From Gemmatimonadota bacterium (lineage in GTDB: Bacteria; Gemmatimonadota; Gemmatimonadetes; Gemmatimonadales; Gemmatimonadaceae): 64,000 nt of DNA. The notes beneath the pieces were generated by a model. The model saw only the letters and a list, made by a program, of their open reading frames with translations, was not told the DNA's origin and made no database searches. The stretch is from positions 1-64,000 of the forward strand of contig JANMLN010000055.1 of assembly GCA_031372565.1 (NCBI GenBank). Direction: 5' to 3'. Made by a program: the position numbers and the translations under genes. Shown piece by piece: positions 9,120-17,632 of this stretch. How positions within the stretch are numbered: position 1 is the stretch's first letter; each line of letters begins with the position of its first letter.

Positions 9120-9970
9120 CGGTGCCGCTCGCGTCGTCGGAACGGTTCGTGGACCTGCATATGCACTCCACGGCATCGGATGGCGCGCTCCCGCCGGCGG
9201 ATGTGGTGGCCGCAGCACTCAAGGCGAGGCTCGCCCTCATCTGCCTCACCGATCATGACACCGTCGGTGGCGTGGCGGAGGCGGTGGAGGCCGGCCGCAC
9301 GCTCGGCGTCGAGGTCTCGGCCGGGGTGGAACTCTCGGCGCACGATGGCGCGACCGAGGTCCATCTACTCGGTCTGCACCTGGCGCGCCTCGACGTGATC
9401 GAAGGGCGGATGGCGGAGTTTCGAGCGGGCCGTGAGCGCCGCGGCGCATTGATCGTGCACGCGCTCAACGCGGCGGGGGTGGCCGTCTCGTTCGAGGCGG
9501 TGGAAAAGGAGAGCGCGGGCGGCGCCATGGGGCGTCCGCATGTCGCCCGCGCGCTGATCGCTGGCGGTTTCGTGCGTGACATGCGGGAGGCGTTCGACAA
9601 GTGGCTGGGCGCGGGGCGGCCCGGCTACGTCGACAAGGAGCGACTCGAAGTGGCCGATGCGATTGCGGTCGTGCACGCGGCCGGCGGTGTTGCGGTGTTT
9701 GCGCACCCCGGCAGGGACGGTGATCGCGCGCGCGTCGAGCGTCTGGTGGCTGCGGGGCTCGATGGCCTCGAGGTCCGGCACCCGTCGCTCACAGCGGATG
9801 AGACGGCGCGGCTGCTGGGCTTCTGCGACGAGTTCGACCTCGTGCGAAGCGGTGGCTCCGATTGGCACGGCGTACCAGGACCGCGGGTGCTGGGCGCCAT
9901 GAACGTGCCCTTTGCGTGGGTCGACGCGCAGCTCGCGCGCGCCGCGCGCTGGCGTGAGGTCGCGGCATGA
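9116..9970 (+). CDS. PHP-domain phosphoesterase (YciV/TrpH-like)
   Basis: DLHMHSTASDG, LTDHDT, GVE, GRPHVA, AHP and GGSDWHG motifs. Confidence 0.92.
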   Translation: MTVPLASSERFVDLHMHSTASDGALPPADVVAAALKARLALICLTDHDTVGGVAEAVEAGRTLGVEVSAGVELSAHDGATEVHLLGLHLARLDVIEGRMAEFRAGRERRGALIVHALNAAGVAVSFEAVEKESAGGAMGRPHVARALIAGGFVRDMREAFDKWLGAGRPGYVDKERLEVADAIAVVHAAGGVAVFAHPGRDGDRARVERLVAAGLDGLEVRHPSLTADETARLLGFCDEFDLVRSGGSDWHGVPGPRVLGAMNVPFAWVDAQLARAARWREVAA

Positions 9971-10695
9971 GCCTGTCGGGGCGGGTGGCGCTCGTGACCG
10001 GTGCGGGCACCCGCGTCGGGCAGGCCATCGCGCAGCGGTTGGGGCGGGAAGGGATGCGCGTGGCCGTGCACTATGCGGGCTCCAAGGCGGGCGCTGAGGC
10101 AACGGTGGCACGCATCGCGGAGGCGGGCGGAACGGCGGCTGCCTTTCAGGCCGATCTGACCGACGCCGCGCAGATCACGCCGCTCATTCGTGCCGTCGAG
10201 CGGGAGTACGGCGCGCTGGACCTGCTGGTGAATTCGGCGGCGAGCATGACGCGCACGCCGTTCGGTGAGATCGGCGCGGCCGACGTGGATGCCATCCTCG
10301 CGCTCAACCTGCGCGCGCCCCTGTTGCTGGCGCAGGCCGCGGCCCCGTTGCTCGAACGGAACGAGGGCGCCGTGATCAACATCGGCGACCACATGGCGAG
10401 CGAGCCGTGGCGGGGCTACCTGCCACACGGGGTGGCAAAGGCGGCGGTCGAGGCGCTCACGCGGCACCTGGCCTCGGCCATGGCGCCCAAGGTGCGCGTC
10501 AACTGTGTGGTGCCCGGCGCGGTACTCGCGCCGGAGGGTTGGGGGACGCCGCACCAGCAGGCCTTTGCCGACGAGACGCCGCTCAAACGGCTCGGCACTC
10601 CCGACGACGTGATCGAGGCGATTCTCTACCTCGCGCAGGCCCCCTACGTGACGGGGGAAACCCTGCGTGTAGACGGCGGCCGTCATGTCCGGTAG
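9967..10695 (+). CDS. SDR oxidoreductase, pteridine reductase/FolM-like
   Basis: TGAGTRVG, VAVHY, LVNSA, INIGD and VRVNCVVPG motifs; active-site motif reads HxxxK. Confidence 0.82.
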   Translation: MSLSGRVALVTGAGTRVGQAIAQRLGREGMRVAVHYAGSKAGAEATVARIAEAGGTAAAFQADLTDAAQITPLIRAVEREYGALDLLVNSAASMTRTPFGEIGAADVDAILALNLRAPLLLAQAAAPLLERNEGAVINIGDHMASEPWRGYLPHGVAKAAVEALTRHLASAMAPKVRVNCVVPGAVLAPEGWGTPHQQAFADETPLKRLGTPDDVIEAILYLAQAPYVTGETLRVDGGRHVR

Positions 10696-11464
10696 CCACA
10701 CCACACCGGTCGGAAGCGCGCCACGCGCGGCGCAGCGGTACGGCACGATCGTGATCGTGGGCGGCGGCTGCTACGGTTCGTACTACGTGCGACAGTTGCA
10801 GCGAGCTGCGGGCGCCGGGGCACTGAGGTGGACGCGCCTCGTGGCGGTGGATCGCGATGCGTCGTGTCGATTGACGCGGCAGCCCGAGCTGCTGGAGGGC
10901 GCGGGGGGATCGCCGGGTGTCGAAGTCGCCGTGGGCGAGTGGCGCGACTACTTCGCGCAGACGATCGCGACGTGCGCCGATGACGACGCGATTGTCCCGT
11001 CGCCCCTGATGCCGCACCTCATGGTGGAGTGGATCATCGACCGGGTGCGGGCACGATGGCCGGAGCGTTCGGTCGGGCTCCGGGCGCTCGCGCAGGAGTT
11101 GCCCGTGCCGTGGCAGCTGGCGAACGGCGACGCACCCCACTACGCGAGCTTCGCCACCTGGACGTGCCCGGTGAACTGCATCGAGCCGGTGACCTGTCCG
11201 CACACCAGGGGGCCGCGCGACTGGAGCATGCCGGTCGCGATGCGCGCGTACGTCGAGGGCCGGCACGCGGCGGGGGACCGCCTCGGCGGGCCGCTGCTGT
11301 TCCACTGCGAGCACCGCGCGTACGGCGTGGGGATGTTCGACACGCGGGTGGTGCGCGAGGCCGGCGATGCCGTGCTGGCGGCGGCAGCGCAGGGAAGCGC
11401 CGAGTTCCTGGTGGGGACGGTGTCGCATTGTCACGGCGCGCTGGCGCGGCTGGTGGTGGGATAG
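10685..11464 (+). CDS. Hypothetical protein with a Rossmann-like N-terminus and Cys/His-rich C-terminus
   Basis: IVIVGGGCYG; WTCPVNCIEPVTCPHT; FHC; SHCHG. Confidence 0.72.
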   Translation: MSGSHTTPVGSAPRAAQRYGTIVIVGGGCYGSYYVRQLQRAAGAGALRWTRLVAVDRDASCRLTRQPELLEGAGGSPGVEVAVGEWRDYFAQTIATCADDDAIVPSPLMPHLMVEWIIDRVRARWPERSVGLRALAQELPVPWQLANGDAPHYASFATWTCPVNCIEPVTCPHTRGPRDWSMPVAMRAYVEGRHAAGDRLGGPLLFHCEHRAYGVGMFDTRVVREAGDAVLAAAAQGSAEFLVGTVSHCHGALARLVVG

Positions 11465-11516
11465 GGGTGCGCCAGCGGAACAACGGCGTCCCTCGCTGCT
11501 AGATTCCAGACAGCCG

Positions 11517-12533
11517 GTGTCGACCGGCACCACTCCTTCCGCTCCGACCCACCCGCTCGTGGAAAACGTCGTCATCATCGGCTCCGGCCCCGCCGCCTGG
11601 ACCGCCGCGGTCTACGCCGCTCGCGCCAACCTGCACCCCGTCGTGTACGAGGGTGAACCGGCGGGGATCGTGCTCCCCGGCGGTCAGCTCATGACCACGA
11701 CCGACGTCGAGAACTATCCCGGCTTCCCCGAGGGGATCACCGGACCGGAGCTGATGGAGAAGATGAAGGCGCAGGCGATGCGTTTTGGCGTTCGCGTCAA
11801 GAACGAGGACGTGAAGTCGGTCAGCCTCGGGCAGCATCCGTTCACCATCACGCCCAACTACAGCGCGCCGGTGGAGGCGCTGACGGTCATCGTCGCGACG
11901 GGCGCGTACGCGCGGTGGCTCGGCATTCCCAACGAGGAGCGGCTGGCGCAGTCGGGCGGTGGCGTGAGCGCGTGCGCCGTGTGCGATGGTGCGCTCCCCT
12001 TCTATCGCAACAAGGTGCTGGCGGTAGTCGGCGGTGGCGACACGGCCATGGAAGAGACGATGTACCTCACCAAGTTCGCCAAGCAGGTGCTGGTGCTGCA
12101 TCGTCGCGATTCGTTCCGGGCGTCCAAGGTGATGGCGCAACGCGTGCTCGAGCATCCGAAGGTGAAGGTGCTCTGGAATACGCGTGCGGTCGAAGTCCTG
12201 GGCACCGACGAGATCACCGGACTCCGCATCGCCGACACGAACACCGGCGAGGAGCGCACCATCGAGGTCGGCGGACTGTTCGTGGCGATCGGGCATACGC
12301 CCACGACCGCGTTCCTTGACGGACAGCTCGCGCTCAACGAGGCGGGGTATCTCAAGGTCCAGCCCGGGCGCATGGCGACCAACATTCCCGGGGTCTTTGC
12401 CGCCGGCGATGTGACCGATGACTACTACCGTCAAGCCATCACGGCTGCGGGCACCGGGTGCATGGCGGCGCTCGAAGCCGAGCGCTGGCTCGCGCATCAT
12501 GGCCTCGGCGTGGCGGAGCCCGTCACGGCATGA
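11517..12533 (+). CDS. trxB: Thioredoxin reductase
   Basis: GSGPAA, GGQL, ENYPGF, CAVCDG redox motif, GGGDTAMEE, AAGDV; start uncertain (11517 or 11559). Confidence 0.95.
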   Translation: MSTGTTPSAPTHPLVENVVIIGSGPAAWTAAVYAARANLHPVVYEGEPAGIVLPGGQLMTTTDVENYPGFPEGITGPELMEKMKAQAMRFGVRVKNEDVKSVSLGQHPFTITPNYSAPVEALTVIVATGAYARWLGIPNEERLAQSGGGVSACAVCDGALPFYRNKVLAVVGGGDTAMEETMYLTKFAKQVLVLHRRDSFRASKVMAQRVLEHPKVKVLWNTRAVEVLGTDEITGLRIADTNTGEERTIEVGGLFVAIGHTPTTAFLDGQLALNEAGYLKVQPGRMATNIPGVFAAGDVTDDYYRQAITAAGTGCMAALEAERWLAHHGLGVAEPVTA

Positions 12534-13183
12534 GCGCGCCGATGCTGGTCCAGCAGGTCACCGTCGGACTGCTCGAGGAGAATTGCTGGATCGTGGCTGA
12601 CCCTGCGGCGCGTGTGTGCGTGCTGGTCGATCCGGGCGACGAAGCGGACCGGATTCTCGCTGAAGTCGAGAAGACGGGCTGCACGCTCGAGGCGATCTGG
12701 CTCACGCACGCGCACTTCGACCATGTGGGCGGAATCGCCGGTGTACGACGCGCGCATGCCGTGCCCATCCATCTGCATCCGGCTGACGCAACGCTGTACG
12801 GCGTCGCCGCCACATCGGCGGAGCGGTGGGGCATCGAGATCGAGCAGCCGCCCGCCGCCGATCGCGCGATGGCCGAAGGCGACACGATGTCGGTGGGCGC
12901 GCTGCGCTTCGCCGTGCGGCACGTGCCCGGACATTCGCCGGGACATGTGGCGTTCACGGGCCACGGCGTGGTGTTCGGTGGTGACTGCCTGTTCGCCGGA
13001 TCGATCGGACGCACCGACCTCCCGTTCTCCAGCAGCCTCGACCTCATGAAGTCGCTGGAGAAGTTTGCGGCATTGCCCCCGGCGACGATCGTCCACAGCG
13101 GACACGGTCCCAGCACCACGATTGCCCGCGAACTCGCGGACAATCCGTTCATGAGCGGACTCGCGCGCCCGCTGTCGAAGTGA
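12530..13183 (+). CDS. MBL-fold metallo-hydrolase (glyoxalase II/YcbL-like)
   Basis: THAHFDH, PGHSPG, GDCLF, GRTDL and GHG motifs. Confidence 0.9.
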   Translation: MSAPMLVQQVTVGLLEENCWIVADPAARVCVLVDPGDEADRILAEVEKTGCTLEAIWLTHAHFDHVGGIAGVRRAHAVPIHLHPADATLYGVAATSAERWGIEIEQPPAADRAMAEGDTMSVGALRFAVRHVPGHSPGHVAFTGHGVVFGGDCLFAGSIGRTDLPFSSSLDLMKSLEKFAALPPATIVHSGHGPSTTIARELADNPFMSGLARPLSK

Positions 13184-13189
13184 AACCCG

Positions 13190-13371
13190 TGTCATCCTGA
13201 GCGCAGCCCCCCTGTCATCCTGAGCGCAGCGAAGGATCTGCTTTCTTGTCATCCTGAGCGCAGCGAAGGACCTGCTTTCTTGTCGTCCTGAGCGCAGCGA
13301 AGGATCTGCTTTCTTGTCGTCCTGAGCGCAGCGAAGGACCTGCTTCTCTCCTGTCCTCCTGACCGCACAGC
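13190..13371 (+). repeat. Tandem array of the palindromic repeat: four ~34-bp units with truncated or degenerate flanking units
   Basis: TGTCRTCCTGAGCGCAGCGAAGGAYCTGCTTTCT starting at 13213, 13247, 13281 and 13315; partial copy at 13190-13207; degenerate copy at 13352-13371. Confidence 0.95.
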
Positions 13372-13401
13372 ACGCCCCGCTTCTCCCGCCCTCCCGGCTC
13401 C

Positions 13402-13884
13402 ATGCTCGCCTTCCTCTCAAATCTCCTCCTCGCGGCCTGGGTCGGCGCCGCCGCGCTCTTCACGGCCGCCGTCGCGCCGGCGGCCTTCGCCGTCCTCCCG
13501 GCCCGCGCCTTGGCCGGCGCGCTGGTCGGCCGCGTGCTCCCTGTCGTCTTCATCTCCGGGGCGGTCGTCGCCATCCTCGCGTTCCTCCTTGACCTCCCCT
13601 ACGCCCGCACGACCACCGACCGCATGCGCGGCGGCGCCCTCATCGTGGCCGTCATCGCCAACGCCACGGCGCAGTTCCTGATTGCGCCTCGCATCCAGGC
13701 GCTGCGCGCCGAACTCGGTCCCGTGATCGAGGCGCTGGCCATCGACGATCCCAAGCGCCGCGCGTTCGGGCTGCTGCACGCCATCTCCGTCGGGTGGCTC
13801 GGACTCGCCATTCTTGCGACGCTCGTCGCCATCGCAGCGCACGCCGTCGCGCAACGCCAGCTCTCCACGACCGTCACCCCCTGA
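13402..13884 (+). CDS. DUF4149/TMEM205-like membrane protein
   Basis: VAPAAF..LP...AG.LVG, four TM helices, AFGLLHAIS. Confidence 0.8.
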   Translation: MLAFLSNLLLAAWVGAAALFTAAVAPAAFAVLPARALAGALVGRVLPVVFISGAVVAILAFLLDLPYARTTTDRMRGGALIVAVIANATAQFLIAPRIQALRAELGPVIEALAIDDPKRRAFGLLHAISVGWLGLAILATLVAIAAHAVAQRQLSTTVTP

Positions 13885-13897
13885 CCGGCGAGGCTCC

Positions 13898-15322
13898 ATG
13901 TCCGCCACGCGCACGGAAACGGATCCCCTTGGTGCCGTCGAGGTCCCGAGCGCGGCGCTGTACGGTGCGCAAACCATGCGTGCCGTCCGCAACTTCCCGA
14001 TCTCGGGGTTGGAGCCGCTCGAACCCTTCGTGATCGCGCAGGTCTGGATCAAGCAGGCCGCCGCGCGCACGCACAAGGAGACCGGCCGGCTCGATGCCGC
14101 CCGAGCCGATGCGATCATCGCGGCCGCGGATGAAGTACTCGCCGGACAACATCGCGACCAGTTCGTCGTCGATCCGTACCAGGCTGGCGCGGGCACGTCG
14201 CACAACATGAACGTGAACGAAGTGCTCGCCAATCGCGCCAACGAGTTGCTCGGCCATGCGCGCGGCACCTACGTGCCGGTGCATCCGAACGATCACGTCA
14301 ACATGGCGCAGAGCACCAACGACACGATCCCGACCAACATCCGTCTGGCCTGCCTGCGCCAACTGCCGGCGCTTGTTGCGGCCGTCGAGCACCTCGAACA
14401 GGCGTTGCGCCTCAAGGGGATCGAGTTCGATGACATCGTGAAGGCCGGGCGCACCCACCTGCAGGACGCCATGCCGATCCGGCTCGGCCAGGAATTCACC
14501 GCGTACGCCGGTACCCTGACGCGCGCCCGACGCCGCATCGAGGAGGCTGCGGACTACCTGCGCGACATCGGGATCGGCGGTTCCGCCGTCGGCACCGGCG
14601 TCACCGTCGAGCCGGAGTATCCCGCGCTCATGGTCACCCACTTGCAAGCCATATCGGGGCTCGTGCTCCGCGAGGGACATGACCGGATTCAGCTCATGCA
14701 GAGCATGGGCGACGCGGCCGCTTTCTCCGGCAGTCTCCGCGGCCTCGCCATCGACCTGAGCAAGATCGCGAGTGATCTCCGCCTCATGGTGTCCGGTCCG
14801 CGCACCGGCCTCGACGAGATCGTGCTGCCCGCGGTACAGCCGGGATCGAGCATCATGCCGGGCAAGATCAATCCCTCGATCCCGGAGATGGTGAATCAGG
14901 TCTGCTTTCAGGTGGTCGGGAACGATACGACCGTCGTGATGGCCGCTGAGCACGGACAGCTGGAGCTCAACGTGATGATGCCGGTGATCGCGCACAACAT
15001 CCTGCTCTCGATGCGGATCCTGACCAGCGCAATCGACGTCTTCGCGACGCGGTGCGTGCAGGGGATCACGGCCAACCGCGCCATGTGCGCGCATTGGGTC
15101 GAGCGCTCGGCCGCACTCGCAACCGCACTGGCGCCGCAGATCGGCTACGCGCGCGCCGCCGAGTTGTCGAAACGGTCCGTGCAGGAGGGCATCCTCATCC
15201 GCGACCTCGTGCGACGGGAGCAGGTGATTCCGGCCGAGGACGTCGATGCGGTGCTGGATCTGCGCAGGATGACGGAGATCGGCGTCCCGCACGGCGCACA
15301 TCCGCCTGCCGCCGGCGGCTGA
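13898..15322 (+). CDS. aspA: Aspartate ammonia-lyase / class II fumarase family lyase
   Basis: YGAQTMRA, GAGTSHNMN, HPNDHVN, GRTHLQDA and GSSIMPGKINP signature; aspA vs fumC not fully resolvable. Confidence 0.8.
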   Translation: MSATRTETDPLGAVEVPSAALYGAQTMRAVRNFPISGLEPLEPFVIAQVWIKQAAARTHKETGRLDAARADAIIAAADEVLAGQHRDQFVVDPYQAGAGTSHNMNVNEVLANRANELLGHARGTYVPVHPNDHVNMAQSTNDTIPTNIRLACLRQLPALVAAVEHLEQALRLKGIEFDDIVKAGRTHLQDAMPIRLGQEFTAYAGTLTRARRRIEEAADYLRDIGIGGSAVGTGVTVEPEYPALMVTHLQAISGLVLREGHDRIQLMQSMGDAAAFSGSLRGLAIDLSKIASDLRLMVSGPRTGLDEIVLPAVQPGSSIMPGKINPSIPEMVNQVCFQVVGNDTTVVMAAEHGQLELNVMMPVIAHNILLSMRILTSAIDVFATRCVQGITANRAMCAHWVERSAALATALAPQIGYARAAELSKRSVQEGILIRDLVRREQVIPAEDVDAVLDLRRMTEIGVPHGAHPPAAGG

Positions 15323-15363
15323 TGCAGCGCGACACACTGCTGGTGGCACGCGCGGTGGCGCGG

Positions 15364-15369
15364 TAAGGT
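15364..15369 (+). promoter_or_regulatory. Putative -10 box of a leaderless gene
   Basis: TAAGGT 6 nt upstream of ATG 15376; no SD sequence. Confidence 0.4.
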
Positions 15370-15375
15370 TCCCGC

Positions 15376-15948
15376 ATGGACTTCACGCGAGGGTTGATAC
15401 GCGCCTTGCAGGGCAAGGGCGCCCCGGACCGCCAGGCGGCGGCGGGGTACGTCGCGCATCTGGTCGAGGACCCCGCCGCGCCCGATGTCGCGTGGCTGTC
15501 CGCGATCATGCTCTCCAGGGATGATGACCACGCGCGTTGGGAACTTCGCTATGCGCGGCGCGCACTCGGGCTCGTCGTCGCGGAGCGTGACGCGCTGGAT
15601 GATCGGACGCCGTCGCTCGTTGCGGACGCGCTCGAGGCCGCGTTGGAGCGCGATCCGAATGTGGCCGCAGACAAGGTCGAGGTGGCACTGGCGCAGTTCA
15701 ACACGCGCATGCGCGCCTATCGCGAAGCCTTCCGTGCCCGAAACCCGAAAGAGGCCGTCGGGACGCGACTCGCGCGTGAGCTGCTGAGCTTCTCGTCCGC
15801 CGTGCCGAAGGATCGTGATCGGGCGATCGCCGAGGCGGCGGAGCTCCTGCAGCGCATGATTGCCGATGCGGCCGACGCGTTGCGTCGCGCGTTCGGCGAA
15901 GCGAGTCTACCCGAGAATATCCCACCGAGCCAGATCGGCGGACGCTGA
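15376..15948 (+). CDS. Hypothetical alpha-helical protein
   Basis: 190-aa ORF with host-like codon usage filling the gap; no recognised motif. Confidence 0.7.
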   Translation: MDFTRGLIRALQGKGAPDRQAAAGYVAHLVEDPAAPDVAWLSAIMLSRDDDHARWELRYARRALGLVVAERDALDDRTPSLVADALEAALERDPNVAADKVEVALAQFNTRMRAYREAFRARNPKEAVGTRLARELLSFSSAVPKDRDRAIAEAAELLQRMIADAADALRRAFGEASLPENIPPSQIGGR

Positions 15949-15956
15949 CGCGCGTC

Positions 15957-16652
15957 CTACCGGGTGTGCTTGAGCGCCTGGTGGGTCGCCTCGATCTTCT
16001 CGACGTAGCCCAGGGTTTCCGCGTGCCGCCAGCGCCGCACCTTCGGCGCGACGCGCGCGATGTTCTCCCACCGCGACGGGTCCAGCTGCTCGGACTCTGC
16101 CACCCCCCGCGCCCGCAGGATCGTGCCCTCGCCGGCGTTGTAGCTGGCAAAGGCGAAGCGGGCGAGCTCGTCGTCGGTCACCTTGTGCTCCCAGCTCTTC
16201 CACAGGTCCCGGTCGAACCGGATGCCGGCGGCGATGTTCGCCTCGGGCGCATCGATGCTCGTCATCCAACTCGATGACTGGGCGATCAAGGCGAACGTCG
16301 CGGGCATGAGCTGCATGAGCCCGCGCGCCCCCACGGCGCTCCGTGCGTTCGGGTTCAACTCACTTTCGGCGACGGCCTGCGACTTGAACAGTGTCCAGTC
16401 GGTCCCGATGCCGAAGTAGCGCTTCGTGTACTTCCGGAACCACGCGTCGTACCTGCCGGTGACGCGCGCCGCCGTGCGGGCGTAGGCGGCCGCGGCCAGC
16501 GGCTCGGCGACCCCGCGTGAGGCTGAGTCGGCGCTCGCTCGCGTCGGCTGGGCGTGTGCCGGAACCGTCGCCGCCACGAGCAGCGCGCCGACGCACACCA
16601 CCGTCCGCACGCGCAACGCACGCAGCCACCGCACCGGATCAGTTGAGCGCAT
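15957..16652 (-). CDS. Lytic transglycosylase (SLT domain), exported
   Basis: AESELNPNARS, GARGLMQLMP, ASYNAG and ETLGYV motifs; signal peptide. Confidence 0.9.
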   Translation of the reverse strand: MRSTDPVRWLRALRVRTVVCVGALLVAATVPAHAQPTRASADSASRGVAEPLAAAAYARTAARVTGRYDAWFRKYTKRYFGIGTDWTLFKSQAVAESELNPNARSAVGARGLMQLMPATFALIAQSSSWMTSIDAPEANIAAGIRFDRDLWKSWEHKVTDDELARFAFASYNAGEGTILRARGVAESEQLDPSRWENIARVAPKVRRWRHAETLGYVEKIEATHQALKHTR

Positions 16653-16842
16653 GCCCGACGATCATGGCAATGCCGATGAAGATCGCCGCGATGAAGATCG
16701 CGACGGCGACATTGCCCTTCTTGAGTTCCTCGGCGAAATCCACCTCGGGGGTCATGCGATCGAAGAGGCGATACGACAGCCACATCAGCACCACACCAGC
16801 GACGGCGTAGCCGAGGTTGAGCAGGATGATCATCGGGTCCAT
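16639..16842 (-). CDS. DUF350 small membrane protein
   Basis: FDRMTP.VDF.EEL.KGNVAVA pattern between two TM helices. Confidence 0.85.
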   Translation of the reverse strand: MDPMIILLNLGYAVAGVVLMWLSYRLFDRMTPEVDFAEELKKGNVAVAIFIAAIFIGIAMIVGHALN

Positions 16843-16939
16843 GTGGGCTCCGCGGTCGATGGGGGGCGTCGTGTGAACAGACGCGCGAGCAGGTTCGCGC
16901 GCAAGCGGCGGCCGACCTGACGGGGACCAACCCCACCGG

Positions 16940-16978
16940 AAAACGAAACGGGGCGGCGGTCAGATGACCGTCGCCCCG
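16940..16978 (-). terminator. Intrinsic terminator downstream of tRNA-Leu
   Basis: Stem CGGGGCGGCGGTCA/TGACCGTCGCCCCG (16949-16978) followed on the minus strand by TTTCGTTTT. Confidence 0.75.
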
Positions 16979-16992
16979 CATCGTTCAGGACA

Positions 16993-17076
16993 TGCCGAAG
17001 GCGGGACTCGAACCCGCACGAGGTTGCCCTCACTGGCTCCTGAAGCCAGCGCGTCTACCAGTTCCACCACTTCGGC
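16993..17076 (-). tRNA. tRNA-Leu (anticodon CAG), CCA not encoded
   Basis: GCCGAAG/CTTCGGC acceptor stem, CTGGC-TTCAGGA-GCCAG anticodon arm, long variable arm, GGTTCGAGTCC T-arm. Confidence 0.96.
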
Positions 17077-17085
17077 AGAAACCGG

Positions 17086-17113
17086 AAGCTAATCGGCTCA
17101 CGCGACGGGTCAA
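17086..17113 (-). promoter_or_regulatory. Putative sigma70 promoter for tRNA-Leu
   Basis: TTGACC-N16-TAGCTT on the minus strand, ending 9 nt before the tRNA 5' end. Confidence 0.55.
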
Positions 17114-17158
17114 CGCTTGATGCACGCATCTGCGTCGGCGAGTCGGTAGATTGCTCCC

Positions 17159-17632
17159 ATGGCCCGCGAAAAGCCCGCTCCCGAGGACCGCGAGTCGGTC
17201 GCCCGCAACAAGCGCGCCCGGCACGATTACGAGCTCCTCGACACGTACGAGGCCGGCATCGTCCTCGTGGGCAGCGAGGTCAAGTCGTTGCGTGACGGCA
17301 AGGCCAACCTGCAGGACGCCTACGGGATCGTGAAGGACGGCGAGCTCTGGCTCCTCAATTGCCACATCGCCCCGTACAGCAAGACTGGCTACGTGGTCCA
17401 CGAACCCACGCGCACCCGCAAGCTGTTGTTGCACAAGGCCGAGATCCGCCGTCTGATAGGAGCGGTGGAGCGGAAGGGACTCACGCTCGTGCCGCTTGAA
17501 CTCTATTTCAAGCGGGGGTTGGCCAAGGTGTCCATCGCCCTGGGGCGCGGCAAGAAGCAGCACGACAAGCGCGACGACGAGCGCACGCGCGATGCCCAGC
17601 GCGAGATGGCGCGCGCCCTGACACGCCGATGA
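17159..17632 (+). CDS. smpB: SsrA-binding protein
   Basis: NKRARHDY, EAGIVLVGSEVKSLR, RKLLLHK and GKKQHDKR motifs. Confidence 0.97.
   Translation: MAREKPAPEDRESVARNKRARHDYELLDTYEAGIVLVGSEVKSLRDGKANLQDAYGIVKDGELWLLNCHIAPYSKTGYVVHEPTRTRKLLLHKAEIRRLIGAVERKGLTLVPLELYFKRGLAKVSIALGRGKKQHDKRDDERTRDAQREMARALTRR

Noticed and set aside
13213..13351. CRISPR array
   Set aside because: Units are directly adjacent with no unique spacers, no cas genes are present, and the same sequence occurs elsewhere as an inverted pair and inside a CDS.
15803..15811. TGCCGAAGG as an att-like duplication of the tRNA-Leu 3' end
   Set aside because: Only 9 bp, inside a coding region, and no integrase is present; expected by chance.
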